DNA of 64,000 nucleotides from contig CAYWEW010000006.1 in the NCBI GenBank assembly GCA_964457775.1, positions 10,805-74,804 of the forward strand. Reading direction: 5' to 3'. Each line of letters opens with the position of its first letter. Position 1 is the first letter of the stretch. Below the pieces are notes generated by a model, which was not told where the DNA came from, made no database searches, and worked only from the letters and a program-made list of their open reading frames with translations. This document shows positions 37,674-48,112 of this stretch, one piece after another. The DNA is from an uncultured Candidatus Saccharibacteria bacterium. Its GTDB lineage: Bacteria; Patescibacteriota; Minisyncoccia; Phycocordibacterales; UBA5272. A program made the position numbers and the translations under genes.

Positions 37674-38231
37674 TTATTTGTTTTGCTTATCTACTTTTCT
37701 TTTTAATTCTCCTGCTTTTATTTCATCTTCAGTGAACTCTTCAAAATCAAATCCATGATCGATAAATAAAACACCATCCAAATGATCTATTTCATGTTGG
37801 AATATATGCGCAATCAGTCCTGTGCCTCCATAACTAAACTTATTTCCTTCTACGTCATATGCTTCAACAGTTGCAGATAATGAGCGTGTTGTTTTGCCGT
37901 ATATCCATCTTACAGAAAGACATCCTTCCTGCATAGTTGCACTTTTTTTGGAAATCTTGGTTATACGAGGATTAATAAAAATCAGAGGTTTCCATTTTGC
38001 ATCTGGAGAATATGCCTCGGGCGAAATAACAAATATTCTAAGAGGTAGAGCAATTTGTGGAGCAGCCAGTGCTACACCGTCTGATTCTTTAGCTAAAGCT
38101 GACTGCATAGCTTCAATTATCTCCTTTAAACTTGACGAACCGAACTCATCCTTCTTCACAAGCCTAGCTTCTTGTCTTAAAGGATTCTTTTTATCGTCAT
38201 CTATTTGAATGATGGTGTTTTTTACTTTCAT
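37674..38231 (-). CDS. def: peptide deformylase
   Basis: Motifs GVALAAPQI, EGCLSV and HEIDHLDG. Confidence 0.88.
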   Translation of the reverse strand: MKVKNTIIQIDDDKKNPLRQEARLVKKDEFGSSSLKEIIEAMQSALAKESDGVALAAPQIALPLRIFVISPEAYSPDAKWKPLIFINPRITKISKKSATMQEGCLSVRWIYGKTTRSLSATVEAYDVEGNKFSYGGTGLIAHIFQHEIDHLDGVLFIDHGFDFEEFTEDEIKAGELKRKVDKQNK

Positions 38232-38271
38232 AAGACTACTTTATCATATTTTTGTAAAGACATGAAATATT

Positions 38272-40137
38272 CTAGATAAAGAAATGTAATGGGTTAACTA
38301 TAGGATTTCCTCCTTGAACAATTTGCTTTACTCTATCTCTTACTTGTTGATTGTTTAACCACTCAGATTCTTTAATATGAATAAAAAGCAATGTAACACC
38401 GCGACCTTGTTCAAACCATTCAACTACATATGGTTCAAGCTCCTGTTCCATGCGTGTACGTAAATCATTTGGCAAATTATCAAATGAAGCTTTTATAACA
38501 GTATAGTATGGTGGAAGAAGGAAATGCTCACGTTCTTTTAATAAATGATCATAGACTTCTCTGAAGCTTGGAGATACTAATTGTTTCATTACTGGGGTGT
38601 TCTTTAAACGTGTCTGCAGTATTAATTTGTTTTCGTGTATTCCATTTATAGCTTTAATTTTTTCGGACATTTCTGTAATCAAATTTAAAACTTTCTCATC
38701 GGTTCTATATTCAGGTAGTGAAAAAAGTGAGTCAAGAGAAAGAATAATAATTGCATCACACTTTTGAATTACATTTTGAGCCATTTCTGTTCCAATCAAA
38801 ACTCCGTATGGAGCATCTAACCATTCTTTGTAAACTTTCTTAACCTTGTTCTTAGTATTCGTATGTTCTCCATCAATTATAAATGTAGGTATTTTTAGTC
38901 TATTTAATTCTTCCTGTACTCCGTCTGTTGAAATGCCCAATAATGCCATTCGCCAACCACCACAATGTCTACAAGCAAGAGTAGTGTCCTCGTCTAGGTG
39001 AACTACATGTTCACAGTTATGACAAATATACGTCCTTACTCCTCCTATTTTGTGCAAAACATATGGTCTATTGCAATTTGCACAAGTGTACAATGTCCCA
39101 CAATCTGAACAAATTGTTGTCGGGTACATACCTTTTCTGTGCGCGTAAAGAAAGTAATGGCCTCGTTCGTGGACTTTTGCTGAATGTAAAATCGATAATG
39201 CGGTGCGAGATAAATATGGGCTAGCACTTTTATTCTCATCAATCATTGGTATAACTAGTACTGATGAATCGTTTCTATACTGCAGCGGGACAATCTCGTG
39301 AGCGTTTTTTTGTTTATATAGCATGTGAGCACGAAGAGATAACATGTGTGATCCCAATATACATGGAATCTGACTTCCGTGAGCTAATGATTCTATAACA
39401 AATCTCATGTCATAACCATTATCGCCATGAGTATAATAATATTGACTATGTTCTCTTTCAATAATTATCAAACCCAAATCATCTCTAACCCAAGGTAATA
39501 ATGAAGGGGTGGACAGTATAAGTAGTGGGTGCTTGTTTTCTATTATTTCTTTGTGAGCGTCTTTGTATTGTTTTTCAGTTAATCCACTATGTAAAGATAT
39601 AACATAATCATCAATTCCACGAGCAAGTTCACCGCGAGCATATTCCAAGTCAGTAATAGTTGGAAAAAACATAACAAGTGATTTCTTTTTGGAAAAAACT
39701 TCTCTAATTGTTGTTTTGTATCTTGTGATACGAGTATCATAACTTTGTTCTAATAACAAAAGTTCGTATCCTTTACCGTCTAGTGGCTGTAAAATTGAGG
39801 TTAAGCTTTCAAAAGATTTTTCTGAAAGTAAGTCGTGCAAAATAGTTCCTATTGGACGAAGTAAACAAGATGAACTGTATGAAATAGCTTTCCATATTTT
39901 TTGATTCAAAAATTCTTTTGTAATAACCTTAGAAACTTTCTTTATATTAAACGAGGCATGTCTTAAGGATTGCCTTTCTTCTTCGGCATCTCTTGCTTCG
40001 AGTACTAGAGCTCTACAGACACGCCGTTTAATAGTAATTTCTACTAAGTCACCTGCGCTCACGTTGTCTTTAGAAAAATAGGAAAGTTCTTCGTAGGGAA
40101 TTCCGTGGGTTAATGGAGCGACAGTAAGTACACGCAT
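38272..40137 (-). CDS. priA: primosomal protein N' (replication restart helicase)
   Basis: Helicase core present. A Cys-rich zinc-binding insert CSDCGTLYTCANCNRPYVLH...CHNCEHV...CRHCGG is characteristic of PriA. Confidence 0.85.
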   Translation of the reverse strand: MRVLTVAPLTHGIPYEELSYFSKDNVSAGDLVEITIKRRVCRALVLEARDAEEERQSLRHASFNIKKVSKVITKEFLNQKIWKAISYSSSCLLRPIGTILHDLLSEKSFESLTSILQPLDGKGYELLLLEQSYDTRITRYKTTIREVFSKKKSLVMFFPTITDLEYARGELARGIDDYVISLHSGLTEKQYKDAHKEIIENKHPLLILSTPSLLPWVRDDLGLIIIEREHSQYYYTHGDNGYDMRFVIESLAHGSQIPCILGSHMLSLRAHMLYKQKNAHEIVPLQYRNDSSVLVIPMIDENKSASPYLSRTALSILHSAKVHERGHYFLYAHRKGMYPTTICSDCGTLYTCANCNRPYVLHKIGGVRTYICHNCEHVVHLDEDTTLACRHCGGWRMALLGISTDGVQEELNRLKIPTFIIDGEHTNTKNKVKKVYKEWLDAPYGVLIGTEMAQNVIQKCDAIIILSLDSLFSLPEYRTDEKVLNLITEMSEKIKAINGIHENKLILQTRLKNTPVMKQLVSPSFREVYDHLLKEREHFLLPPYYTVIKASFDNLPNDLRTRMEQELEPYVVEWFEQGRGVTLLFIHIKESEWLNNQQVRDRVKQIVQGGNPIVNPLHFFI

Positions 40138-40272
40138 AATGTAGTTCAGTATACAGCAAACTAGGGTGTATTGTCAGTAGTTTTTATATGATAAAAGTCA
40201 TTGTTTTTATTGAGTTTTATAGAAAATTAATAGCTATAAAATGCGAAATATTTATGTTATAATGGGAAAATT

Positions 40273-41286
40273 ATGGGATTTTTCTTCAAGAAGCTCGGTA
40301 TCGATTTAGGAACTGCCAACACTCTAGTATATGTACCAGGTAAAGGTGTTGTACTTGTTGAGCCATCTGTTGTTGCTGTTTCTCAATCAGATAATAAAAT
40401 TATGGCTGTTGGAGCTGAGGCAAAAGACATGATTGGAAAGACTCCTGATTCTATAATTGCTTATCGTCCTATGCGTGATGGAGTTATCGCTGATTATCGT
40501 GTTACAGAAGCGATGCTTAGATATTATATTAATAAGGCTCTCGGTGGATTTAATCTTTTTAAGCCTGATGTAATGATATCAGTTCCAGCAGGAGTAACAT
40601 CAACTGAACGTCGTGCTGTTATTGAAGCTGCACTCAAAGCTGGTGCAAGAAATGCATATATTGTTAAAGAGCCGATTCTCGCTGCTATTGGTGCCGGCAT
40701 TCCTATTCATGAGGCACAAGGTAGAATGATTGTAGATATTGGTGGTGGAACAACAGATGTTGCTGTTATTTCTCTTGGAGGAATTGTTTGTAGTACTTCT
40801 GTTAAGTGCGCGGGTAATAAAATTGACCAGGCTATTATTGATTACATTAAGAAGACGTATAATCTTGCAATCGGTGACCAAACTGCTGAAGAAATAAAAA
40901 TAAAAATTGGCTCAGCGTTACCAGTTGAAGATGAACTGTCTATTAAGGTTAAAGGTAGAGATTTTATTGCTGGACTTCCTCGTACTGTTGAAATTAGAAC
41001 AAATGAAATAGTGAAAGCAATTGATAAGGAATTACGTATGATGATAAAAGCAATTAAGGATGTATTACAAGAGACACCTCCGGAACTTGCTTCTGATATT
41101 ATTGATAACGGAATTATTATGAGTGGAGGGTCATCAATATTGCGTCATTTCCCTGATCTTGTTGAACGTAGAACAGGGGTTAAGGCAGTGCTAGCAGAAG
41201 ATGCTTTTTATTGTGTGGTTAAAGGGACAGGTATTGCTCTTGAACATTTAGACACATACAAGAGAAGTATATTTACAAAACGGTAA
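40273..41286 (+). CDS. mreB: rod-shape-determining actin homologue
   Basis: LGIDLGTANTLVY and DIGGGTTDVAVISLGG. Full actin-fold alignment. Confidence 0.92.
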   Translation: MGFFFKKLGIDLGTANTLVYVPGKGVVLVEPSVVAVSQSDNKIMAVGAEAKDMIGKTPDSIIAYRPMRDGVIADYRVTEAMLRYYINKALGGFNLFKPDVMISVPAGVTSTERRAVIEAALKAGARNAYIVKEPILAAIGAGIPIHEAQGRMIVDIGGGTTDVAVISLGGIVCSTSVKCAGNKIDQAIIDYIKKTYNLAIGDQTAEEIKIKIGSALPVEDELSIKVKGRDFIAGLPRTVEIRTNEIVKAIDKELRMMIKAIKDVLQETPPELASDIIDNGIIMSGGSSILRHFPDLVERRTGVKAVLAEDAFYCVVKGTGIALEHLDTYKRSIFTKR

Positions 41287-41289
41287 AAT

Positions 41290-41325
41290 AAAAAACCGCA
41301 TGCGACTGCATACGGTTTGGGGGTT
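41290..41325 (+). terminator. intrinsic terminator after mreB
   Basis: AACCGCATGC-gact-GCATACGGTT followed by TGGGGGTTTTCTTT. Confidence 0.6.
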
Positions 41326-41502
41326 TTCTTTACCGCGATAAGGATCCTGCACGGGATACTTCGAATATTATTTGTATTCGAACAGAAGGTTTTACCCTTG
41401 GCATAGACTACGCCTTTTGAGCGCTTGCACTCATCGCAGCAAAGTTAGTTTAACATACTTTTAAATTAAATTTCTAGTCTCTGTTATACTTAAATTATAA
41501 AT

Positions 41503-42177
41503 ATGAATTTGAAATTAAAAGACTTACCAAATCATCACGCTGTCCTCTTAGTTGATAGTGATAGAGAAACTACCGGAATATCTTTGTTTGAGGAGCTTAA
41601 TAATATTTCTTTAGCTCACAAATTTTTTAATCATAAAGTACTTGATATTGAATCAGCAAGAAGTATTATTACTTGGGCACTTACTCCATATAATGATGAA
41701 AAAATTGCTTTAATTTCTTTTAACACAATAGGAGTAGAAGCTCAAAATGCGCTACTAAAAATTTTGGAGGAGCCGAAGTTTGGAGTGAAATTTATTTTAT
41801 TAACAAGTAATAAAGCAAATATTATAAATACTGTTTTATCGAGAGTTTTGATAATTGAGAACAAGGAAGATACTCAAAATAATAGGTTAATTAAAGAAGT
41901 TAGTAATTTTGTATCAACACAGTCTGAATTGAGAATGAAGCTTCCATTTGTTATTGATATTATTTCACGTGTTGAGAAAACTAATGGCAAAGAAAGAAAG
42001 GATAAAGAGGATTTACGTATTTTTATTCTTACTCTCGCATCAGAACTAGAAAATAAAAATATACCTCCAAAATACACAAATGAAACATTAGAAATCGCTT
42101 CATATGTGTCTGACCCCTCATCTAGCGGTAAAGCACTTTTGGAATACCTCTCATTATTACTTCCAGTTTCAAAATAG
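41503..42177 (+). CDS. holB: DNA polymerase III delta' subunit-like (short clamp-loader AAA+ protein)
   Basis: NALLKILEEP ... FILLTS ... NTVLSRV matches the HolB box (NALLKtLEEPp...FiL.t....l..TI.SRc). There is no intact Walker A. Confidence 0.6.
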   Translation: MNLKLKDLPNHHAVLLVDSDRETTGISLFEELNNISLAHKFFNHKVLDIESARSIITWALTPYNDEKIALISFNTIGVEAQNALLKILEEPKFGVKFILLTSNKANIINTVLSRVLIIENKEDTQNNRLIKEVSNFVSTQSELRMKLPFVIDIISRVEKTNGKERKDKEDLRIFILTLASELENKNIPPKYTNETLEIASYVSDPSSSGKALLEYLSLLLPVSK

Positions 42178-42211
42178 TGATATACTAGATGACATTAACT
42201 AATATAAAATT

Positions 42212-42769
42212 ATGCCTTACGATTTTTCACAGGTTCAGACACAAAAAGGAGCAATACTTGAATGGTTAAAAAGCGAGTACCGTTCAATTTCTACAGGTAG
42301 AGCAACCCCGCAAGTGCTCGATCTTGTTCATATTGATTTATATGGAGCCCGTACACAAATAGCGCATGCTGGAAGTGTAACTATTGAAGACCCTCGTACG
42401 CTCCGTGTTTCACCTTGGGACAAGACAATTGTTGGACAAATGGAGAAAGCCATAAATGATGCGGACTTAGGACTATCTGTTGCATCTGACGCAGAAGGGC
42501 TTCGTGTACATTTCCCAGCACTAACAACAGAAACTCGACAGAAATTAGTAAAGCTTTTAAAGGAGAGACTCGAAGAAGCAAGAGTTCGTGTACGTTCTAT
42601 GAGAGAAGACACAAATAAAGATATAGACAATCGCGCAAAAGACGGGGAGTATGGAGAAGATGAGCAACATAGATATAGAGAAGAAATGCAGAGAATTGTT
42701 GATGGAACAAATGCAGAACTTGAGGAGTTGTTCATGAAAAAAGAGAAAGAGGTGATGGGAGGGGAATAA
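42212..42769 (+). CDS. frr: ribosome recycling factor
   Basis: Full-length RRF pattern (ISTGRATPQVLD...VSPWD...AINDADLGL). Confidence 0.9.
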   Translation: MPYDFSQVQTQKGAILEWLKSEYRSISTGRATPQVLDLVHIDLYGARTQIAHAGSVTIEDPRTLRVSPWDKTIVGQMEKAINDADLGLSVASDAEGLRVHFPALTTETRQKLVKLLKERLEEARVRVRSMREDTNKDIDNRAKDGEYGEDEQHRYREEMQRIVDGTNAELEELFMKKEKEVMGGE

Positions 42770-42786
42770 TTATTGTAGATAAAATA

Positions 42787-42822
42787 AAAAATCTAGCAAC
42801 CGATTCCGGTGCTAGATTTTGA
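42787..42822. terminator. bidirectional terminator
   Basis: AAAATCTAGCA-accgattccggt-GCTAGATTTT. Confidence 0.7.
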
Positions 42823-42840
42823 TAAGAAACAACTAAATTT

Positions 42841-44505
42841 TTATAGCCACTTGAGAATCATATCGAAAAGACTTTCAGTACGGAATGGCTTCATCATGTA
42901 GTCACTCATTCCAGAAGCCATACATTTTTCTCTATCTTCAGAAAAAACATTTGCTGTCACGGCAATAATGGGTGTGTCTTGATAATTGGGTAGTTTTCTT
43001 ATCTCTGATGTCGCATCTAACCCATCAAGTATTGGCATCTGCATATCCATGAGAATTAAATGATACTTTGACATCTTGCACATTTGTACTGCCTCCTTTC
43101 CATTCTGTGCAGTATCAACCCTAAGACCAATCAAGTTAAGCGCTTCAACTACTACGTATCGATTAATTGGTTCATCATCAACAATGAGAATTTTTTTATC
43201 TTTGTGATATTTTTGCAATATTTCTTCAGTGGGGGTGCCTTCATCCTGTCTTAATATGTTTGGCCTGATTTCTACTTTTTTAAGACAAGCAGTAAACCAA
43301 AAAGTGCTACCTACGCCAAGAACACTCTTTACACCAGCATGACCACCCATTAGATTCGAAATTCTCTTTACAATTGACAACCCGAGTCCAGTTCCTCCAT
43401 ACTTGCGAGTGGTTGAACTGTCAGCTTGTTCAAAAATGTTAAATACTCGAGTAGTATCTTCTGATGAAATTCCTATCCCGGTATCTTTAACTTCGAAATA
43501 CACCATTAAATTATCTCTTGTCTCAGACTCTATTCTAGCACTGACTGATATAGAGCCAGTTTCTGTGAACTTTACTGCGTTTCCAATTAAATTAATAAGT
43601 GCTTGTTGTAGATGAGATCTATCACCTGCTAAGTTACCTGGCCAGTTGATAGTCTCACTTATTACTAGTTCCAAACCTTTTGATTTAGCAGTTGTTGATT
43701 GAATAGACACAGCATTAGCTAATGAGACATTTATATCAACTGGTTTTTCTTCTAATAGAATCATTCCGGCTTCAATTTTTGATATGTCGAGAATATTATT
43801 TATAACACCAAGCAGATGCACTCCAGAATCTTTAATTATGTTAACATAACGCATCTGCTCGGGAGTTAAGTTTTTTCTGAGCAGTATGTCCGCCATACCT
43901 AGAACTCCGTTCATTGGAGTACGAATTTCATGACTCATGTTAGCTAGAAAAGTACTTTTAGCTTTATTTGCTACCTCTGCTGCTTCTTTTGCTTCGAGTA
44001 GTTCATTAGTACGAACCTCAACTAGTGATTCAAGATGATTTTTATATTGATTAATTGCCTCGACATTCTTTTTGTTTTCAGTAATGTCAATTTTGACAGC
44101 AATAAAGTGAGTAATTTTGCCATTGCTATCAAATAAACCTGAAATTACACTGTACTCCCAGAAAAGCTCACCATTTTTCTTACGATTACATATCTCTCCT
44201 CGCCACTCTTTTCCTTGTAATATTAATCCCCACATTTCTCTGTATACTTCGTTTGGAGTTGTGTTTGACTTGAAGATTCTAGGGTTTTGACCTATCACTT
44301 CTTCACTGGTGTATCCAGTCAATTCTTCAAAACGAGGATTAACATATTCAATGTCACCATTTCTATCTGTTATAACAATAGAATTTGGGCTTTGTTCAAC
44401 AACACGAGAAAGAATTCGTAATTTTTCTTCGGCCAACTTGCGCCGGCCAGGTAAATGTCTATACTCAGTCATGCTATTTCTCCTTAGAGTTATCGAATAC
44501 ATCAA
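42841..44505 (-). CDS. hybrid sensor histidine kinase (PAS, HisKA, HATPase_c, C-terminal receiver)
   Basis: PAS core. H-box SHEIRTPMNGVLGM. G-box GGTGLGLSI. Receiver domain ILIVDDEPINR...LILMDMQMP...PIIAVTANVF. Confidence 0.85.
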   Translation of the reverse strand: MMYSITLRRNSMTEYRHLPGRRKLAEEKLRILSRVVEQSPNSIVITDRNGDIEYVNPRFEELTGYTSEEVIGQNPRIFKSNTTPNEVYREMWGLILQGKEWRGEICNRKKNGELFWEYSVISGLFDSNGKITHFIAVKIDITENKKNVEAINQYKNHLESLVEVRTNELLEAKEAAEVANKAKSTFLANMSHEIRTPMNGVLGMADILLRKNLTPEQMRYVNIIKDSGVHLLGVINNILDISKIEAGMILLEEKPVDINVSLANAVSIQSTTAKSKGLELVISETINWPGNLAGDRSHLQQALINLIGNAVKFTETGSISVSARIESETRDNLMVYFEVKDTGIGISSEDTTRVFNIFEQADSSTTRKYGGTGLGLSIVKRISNLMGGHAGVKSVLGVGSTFWFTACLKKVEIRPNILRQDEGTPTEEILQKYHKDKKILIVDDEPINRYVVVEALNLIGLRVDTAQNGKEAVQMCKMSKYHLILMDMQMPILDGLDATSEIRKLPNYQDTPIIAVTANVFSEDREKCMASGMSDYMMKPFRTESLFDMILKWL

Positions 44506-44595
44506 ACAACTATTTCTATTTTTAACTCTAACTACTTCTTTGATTTATGTCAACCACAACACAGATTGAGAGTTGTTGTGGTAAACTAAATATCA

Positions 44596-45756
44596 ATGTC
44601 AATTTCAGCGATATTTTTATTCATACTTATACTTCTAGTTCTTGTTATTGTCCATGAGTTTGGACATTTTATTGTTGCAAAATTAACAAACATGAGAGTG
44701 GATGAATTTGCTTTCGGGTTTCCACCACGGATATTTTCAAAAAAAATAGGGGAGACTACCTATTCTATAAATTCACTACCACTAGGTGGTTATGTTTCAA
44801 TTTGGGGGGAAACTGGCGAATCGGCAGACGATTCAGCAGAGTCGCGTCTGGACGCGGGTCCTGGAACAAATAGCCATAGCAAATCTTACGACAGGGCAAA
44901 GAACAACCCACGAGCTTTTTCTAATCGTCCGTGGTGGGCACAGTTGCTGGTGCTTGTTGCTGGCGTAACCATGAACATGTTACTCGCGTGGATAATTTTT
45001 ATAGGTATATCTTACGGTGAAATACAAATGAGTACTGATGATGAAACCTATGGCAAATTAGTAAAAAATCCTTCCTTAATGGTCACTGATGCCGCACTTG
45101 AAAGTCCTGCTTATAAAGCTGGACTTGTCCCTGGATCAATATTGTTAAAAGTAAAAAGTTCAGGTAAAGATGCGAATTTAACAACAGCGTCATCATTGGT
45201 GGCATTTATTGGCTCACATCAAAATGATTCGATTGATATTTCATACAAGACTCCAGATAATATAACTAACGAGACAACTATCGCGGCCGTATATGGCATT
45301 GTTCCAGATAAGAAAGTAATTGGAATATCAGTTGAAAGCGTTGGGACACTTAACACTAACCCAATTCAAGCATTAAAAATTGGAACAGAGAGAACTTATA
45401 ACATTACAGTGATGACACTGGATGGTTTGAAAACTTTAGTTACTTCTATCTTTAATGGAGAAAGTGTAATGAGTTCACTTTCCGGTCCAGTTGGTATTGC
45501 AAAAATTGTAGGTCAAACATCAACATATGGTTATGTTGCAGTATTAACTCTCACCGCAATATTGTCCATCAACTTAGCAATATTTAATATACTTCCATTA
45601 CCAGCTTTAGATGGTGGAAGAATTATTGTAGTTATTGTAGAAACAGTTACTAAAAGAAGGGTTCCTTTTAAATATTATTCTTGGGTGAATATGATAGGTT
45701 TCTCTTTGCTAATGTTGTTACTTATAATTGTTACGATACATGATGTTAGAGGGTAA
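44596..45756 (+). CDS. rseP: site-2 protease (M50, RseP-like) with PDZ domain
   Basis: HEFGHFIVAK (HExxH). LAIFNILPLPALDGG (LDG motif). An internal PDZ domain is present. Confidence 0.8.
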   Translation: MSISAIFLFILILLVLVIVHEFGHFIVAKLTNMRVDEFAFGFPPRIFSKKIGETTYSINSLPLGGYVSIWGETGESADDSAESRLDAGPGTNSHSKSYDRAKNNPRAFSNRPWWAQLLVLVAGVTMNMLLAWIIFIGISYGEIQMSTDDETYGKLVKNPSLMVTDAALESPAYKAGLVPGSILLKVKSSGKDANLTTASSLVAFIGSHQNDSIDISYKTPDNITNETTIAAVYGIVPDKKVIGISVESVGTLNTNPIQALKIGTERTYNITVMTLDGLKTLVTSIFNGESVMSSLSGPVGIAKIVGQTSTYGYVAVLTLTAILSINLAIFNILPLPALDGGRIIVVIVETVTKRRVPFKYYSWVNMIGFSLLMLLLIIVTIHDVRG

Positions 45757-45873
45757 ATAAGTCTTAAAGTTGAAAATCAAAAGTCTATAAAGTATAAATA
45801 CATTAATTTGTATTTACTTTTTACTTTATAGACTTTACAGACTTTTTACTAAAAATTATGCTATAATTTTTCT

Positions 45874-47154
45874 ATGAGACAATCAAAACTATACACAAAA
45901 ACAAGAAAAGATGCACCAAAAGATGAGGTTTCCACAAATGCAATCTTACTTACTCGTGCTGGGTACATACATAAAGAAATGGCCGGTGTATATACAATGT
46001 TACCACTTGGTCTTCGTGTGTTAACAAAAGTTGAAAGTATTATTCGTCGTCATATGGATGAGATTGGAAATGAGCTTTTGATGACAGCTTTATCACCTAA
46101 AGACACGTGGGAAAAGACCGGAAGATTAGAAAGTATTGATGTGTTAATGAAAACAGTTCCAGCTAACAAAATATCAGAAGAAAAATCTTCCTCTTCATAT
46201 ATTCTCGGTTCTACACATGAAGAAATGATTACACCTATAGCTCAAGAGTATTCTCGATCCTACAAAGATTTGCCTTCAGCTTTTTACCAAATACAAACAA
46301 AGTTTCGAAATGAGGCAAGGGCAAAATCAGGACTGCTTCGTGGTCGCGAATTTAGAATGAAGGATTTGTATAGTTTTCATAAAGATGCCGATGATCTTAA
46401 TCGTTATTATGATGAGGCAAAAAAGGTGTATATGAATATTTTTAATGAAATTGGAATAGGTGACGACACCTTCATAACACTTGCTGGGGGTGGTGATTTT
46501 ACAAAGGATTTTTCACATGAGTTCCAGACTCTATGTGATGCAGGAGAGGACACTATTTTTTTGGATAGAAAGAATAAGATTGCTTACAACAAGGAGGTTA
46601 CTGACGAAGCAACAGCAAAAAAACTCGGAGTCGATTTTTCTAAAATGGAACAGGTAAAGGCGTGTGAAATTGGAAACATTTTCCCACTAAATACAAAGTT
46701 TTCAAAAGCATTTGATTATACATACACTGATGACACAGGAACGAAGAGAGATGTATACATGGGATGCTACGGTATTGGACCAACACGACTTATGGGGGTT
46801 GTTGTAGAAAAGTTTGCAGATAGTAAGGGTCTTATTTGGCCAGAAAGTATTGCTCCATTTTCAGTACACTTAATTGTACTTGGTAGAGATAGAGATAGTG
46901 AGGCACATAAGACAGCAGAGAAAATTTATGAAGCATTAAATAAAAGTCATGTTGAGGTTCTGTTTGATGACAGGGAAGCATCAGCCGGGGAGAAGTTCGC
47001 AGACAGCGATTTGATCGGTATACCTATGCGAGTTGTTGTAAGTGACAAGTCTCTAGAAAAAGGAGGGGTTGAATTGAAAGAGAGAAAAGTGGAAGATTCT
47101 GAAATTATTACTGTGGACCAACTCATTAAAATGTATACAAGACCTTGTTGTTAA
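45874..47154 (+). CDS. proS: prolyl-tRNA synthetase (short form without an inserted editing domain)
   Basis: Class II motif 2 FRNEARAKSGLLRGREFRMKDLYSFH. Motif 3 region GCYGIGPTRLMG. The length is 426 aa. Confidence 0.82.
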   Translation: MRQSKLYTKTRKDAPKDEVSTNAILLTRAGYIHKEMAGVYTMLPLGLRVLTKVESIIRRHMDEIGNELLMTALSPKDTWEKTGRLESIDVLMKTVPANKISEEKSSSSYILGSTHEEMITPIAQEYSRSYKDLPSAFYQIQTKFRNEARAKSGLLRGREFRMKDLYSFHKDADDLNRYYDEAKKVYMNIFNEIGIGDDTFITLAGGGDFTKDFSHEFQTLCDAGEDTIFLDRKNKIAYNKEVTDEATAKKLGVDFSKMEQVKACEIGNIFPLNTKFSKAFDYTYTDDTGTKRDVYMGCYGIGPTRLMGVVVEKFADSKGLIWPESIAPFSVHLIVLGRDRDSEAHKTAEKIYEALNKSHVEVLFDDREASAGEKFADSDLIGIPMRVVVSDKSLEKGGVELKERKVEDSEIITVDQLIKMYTRPCC

Positions 47155-48112
47155 ATCTAGTATAAATTGTAGGCAATATAGACTTTCTGCTATTTCTAAT
47201 AGATTAATCTTTTTATTTTACAATGGTATAATTACTTATGTAATATTCAAGGTAAACTATATGTGCATTAATACTATTTATGGTTTTTGTAAATCTGTAA
47301 CAAATATTATTGCTCAATACTTAATCTTAGATCAAACTATTTCTTATTAATATTAAAGAGGTGCTGAGTTGTGCTTAACAAATGTAATTGTCATCCAAGA
47401 TGGAATACATTAAATGATGTTCTAAGTAGTATTGGCAAAGTACCGTAGCTAATTATTACTACTTAGAGACACTAGTAATAACTTGCTATATATAGGGCAT
47501 TTTGGATGACATCTACATCAACTCACTTGTGTACAACATGCTTAAAATCGATTTTTAAGGCACGTAATATATGGAAATGCCTAAAATATACTAGTCTGGA
47601 AAGTATTCAAGTAATAGACAGAAATTTTAGAAAATTTTATAGATGTGGATTGGTAATCAAACTAAGATGAAATAATTTAATGAATGGAAGGGAGTCATAA
47701 AAACTGTAATAGATTAAACATACTTGCTATATAGAGTAGGGAACAATAGCTCCGCATACTTCTATGTAAATCTTGTGTTGATGTATAGTTATATATTATA
47801 TGGTGTTTTATTATATGGCTAATGTCGCACAATATATCTTTTACGACTATGTATTACAAATAACTACTGTATCGCTTGATATTCATACAATTATATAGAA
47901 TGACTAATGAGTCAAACATTGAGCAGAAAACTTCTAAGTCCAAGTTAACTGTGTGTGACAAAATAGTACTAGTTACCGAGAAAATAATAGTAAGATTATT
48001 GGAACAAAATTATTTTACCTGATATTTAAGAAGTACATTCAAATTTAATATTACGAAAATTGCAAACATATTATTAATTGCACTTGTCCCCTATTATAAA
48101 AAATAAAATAAA

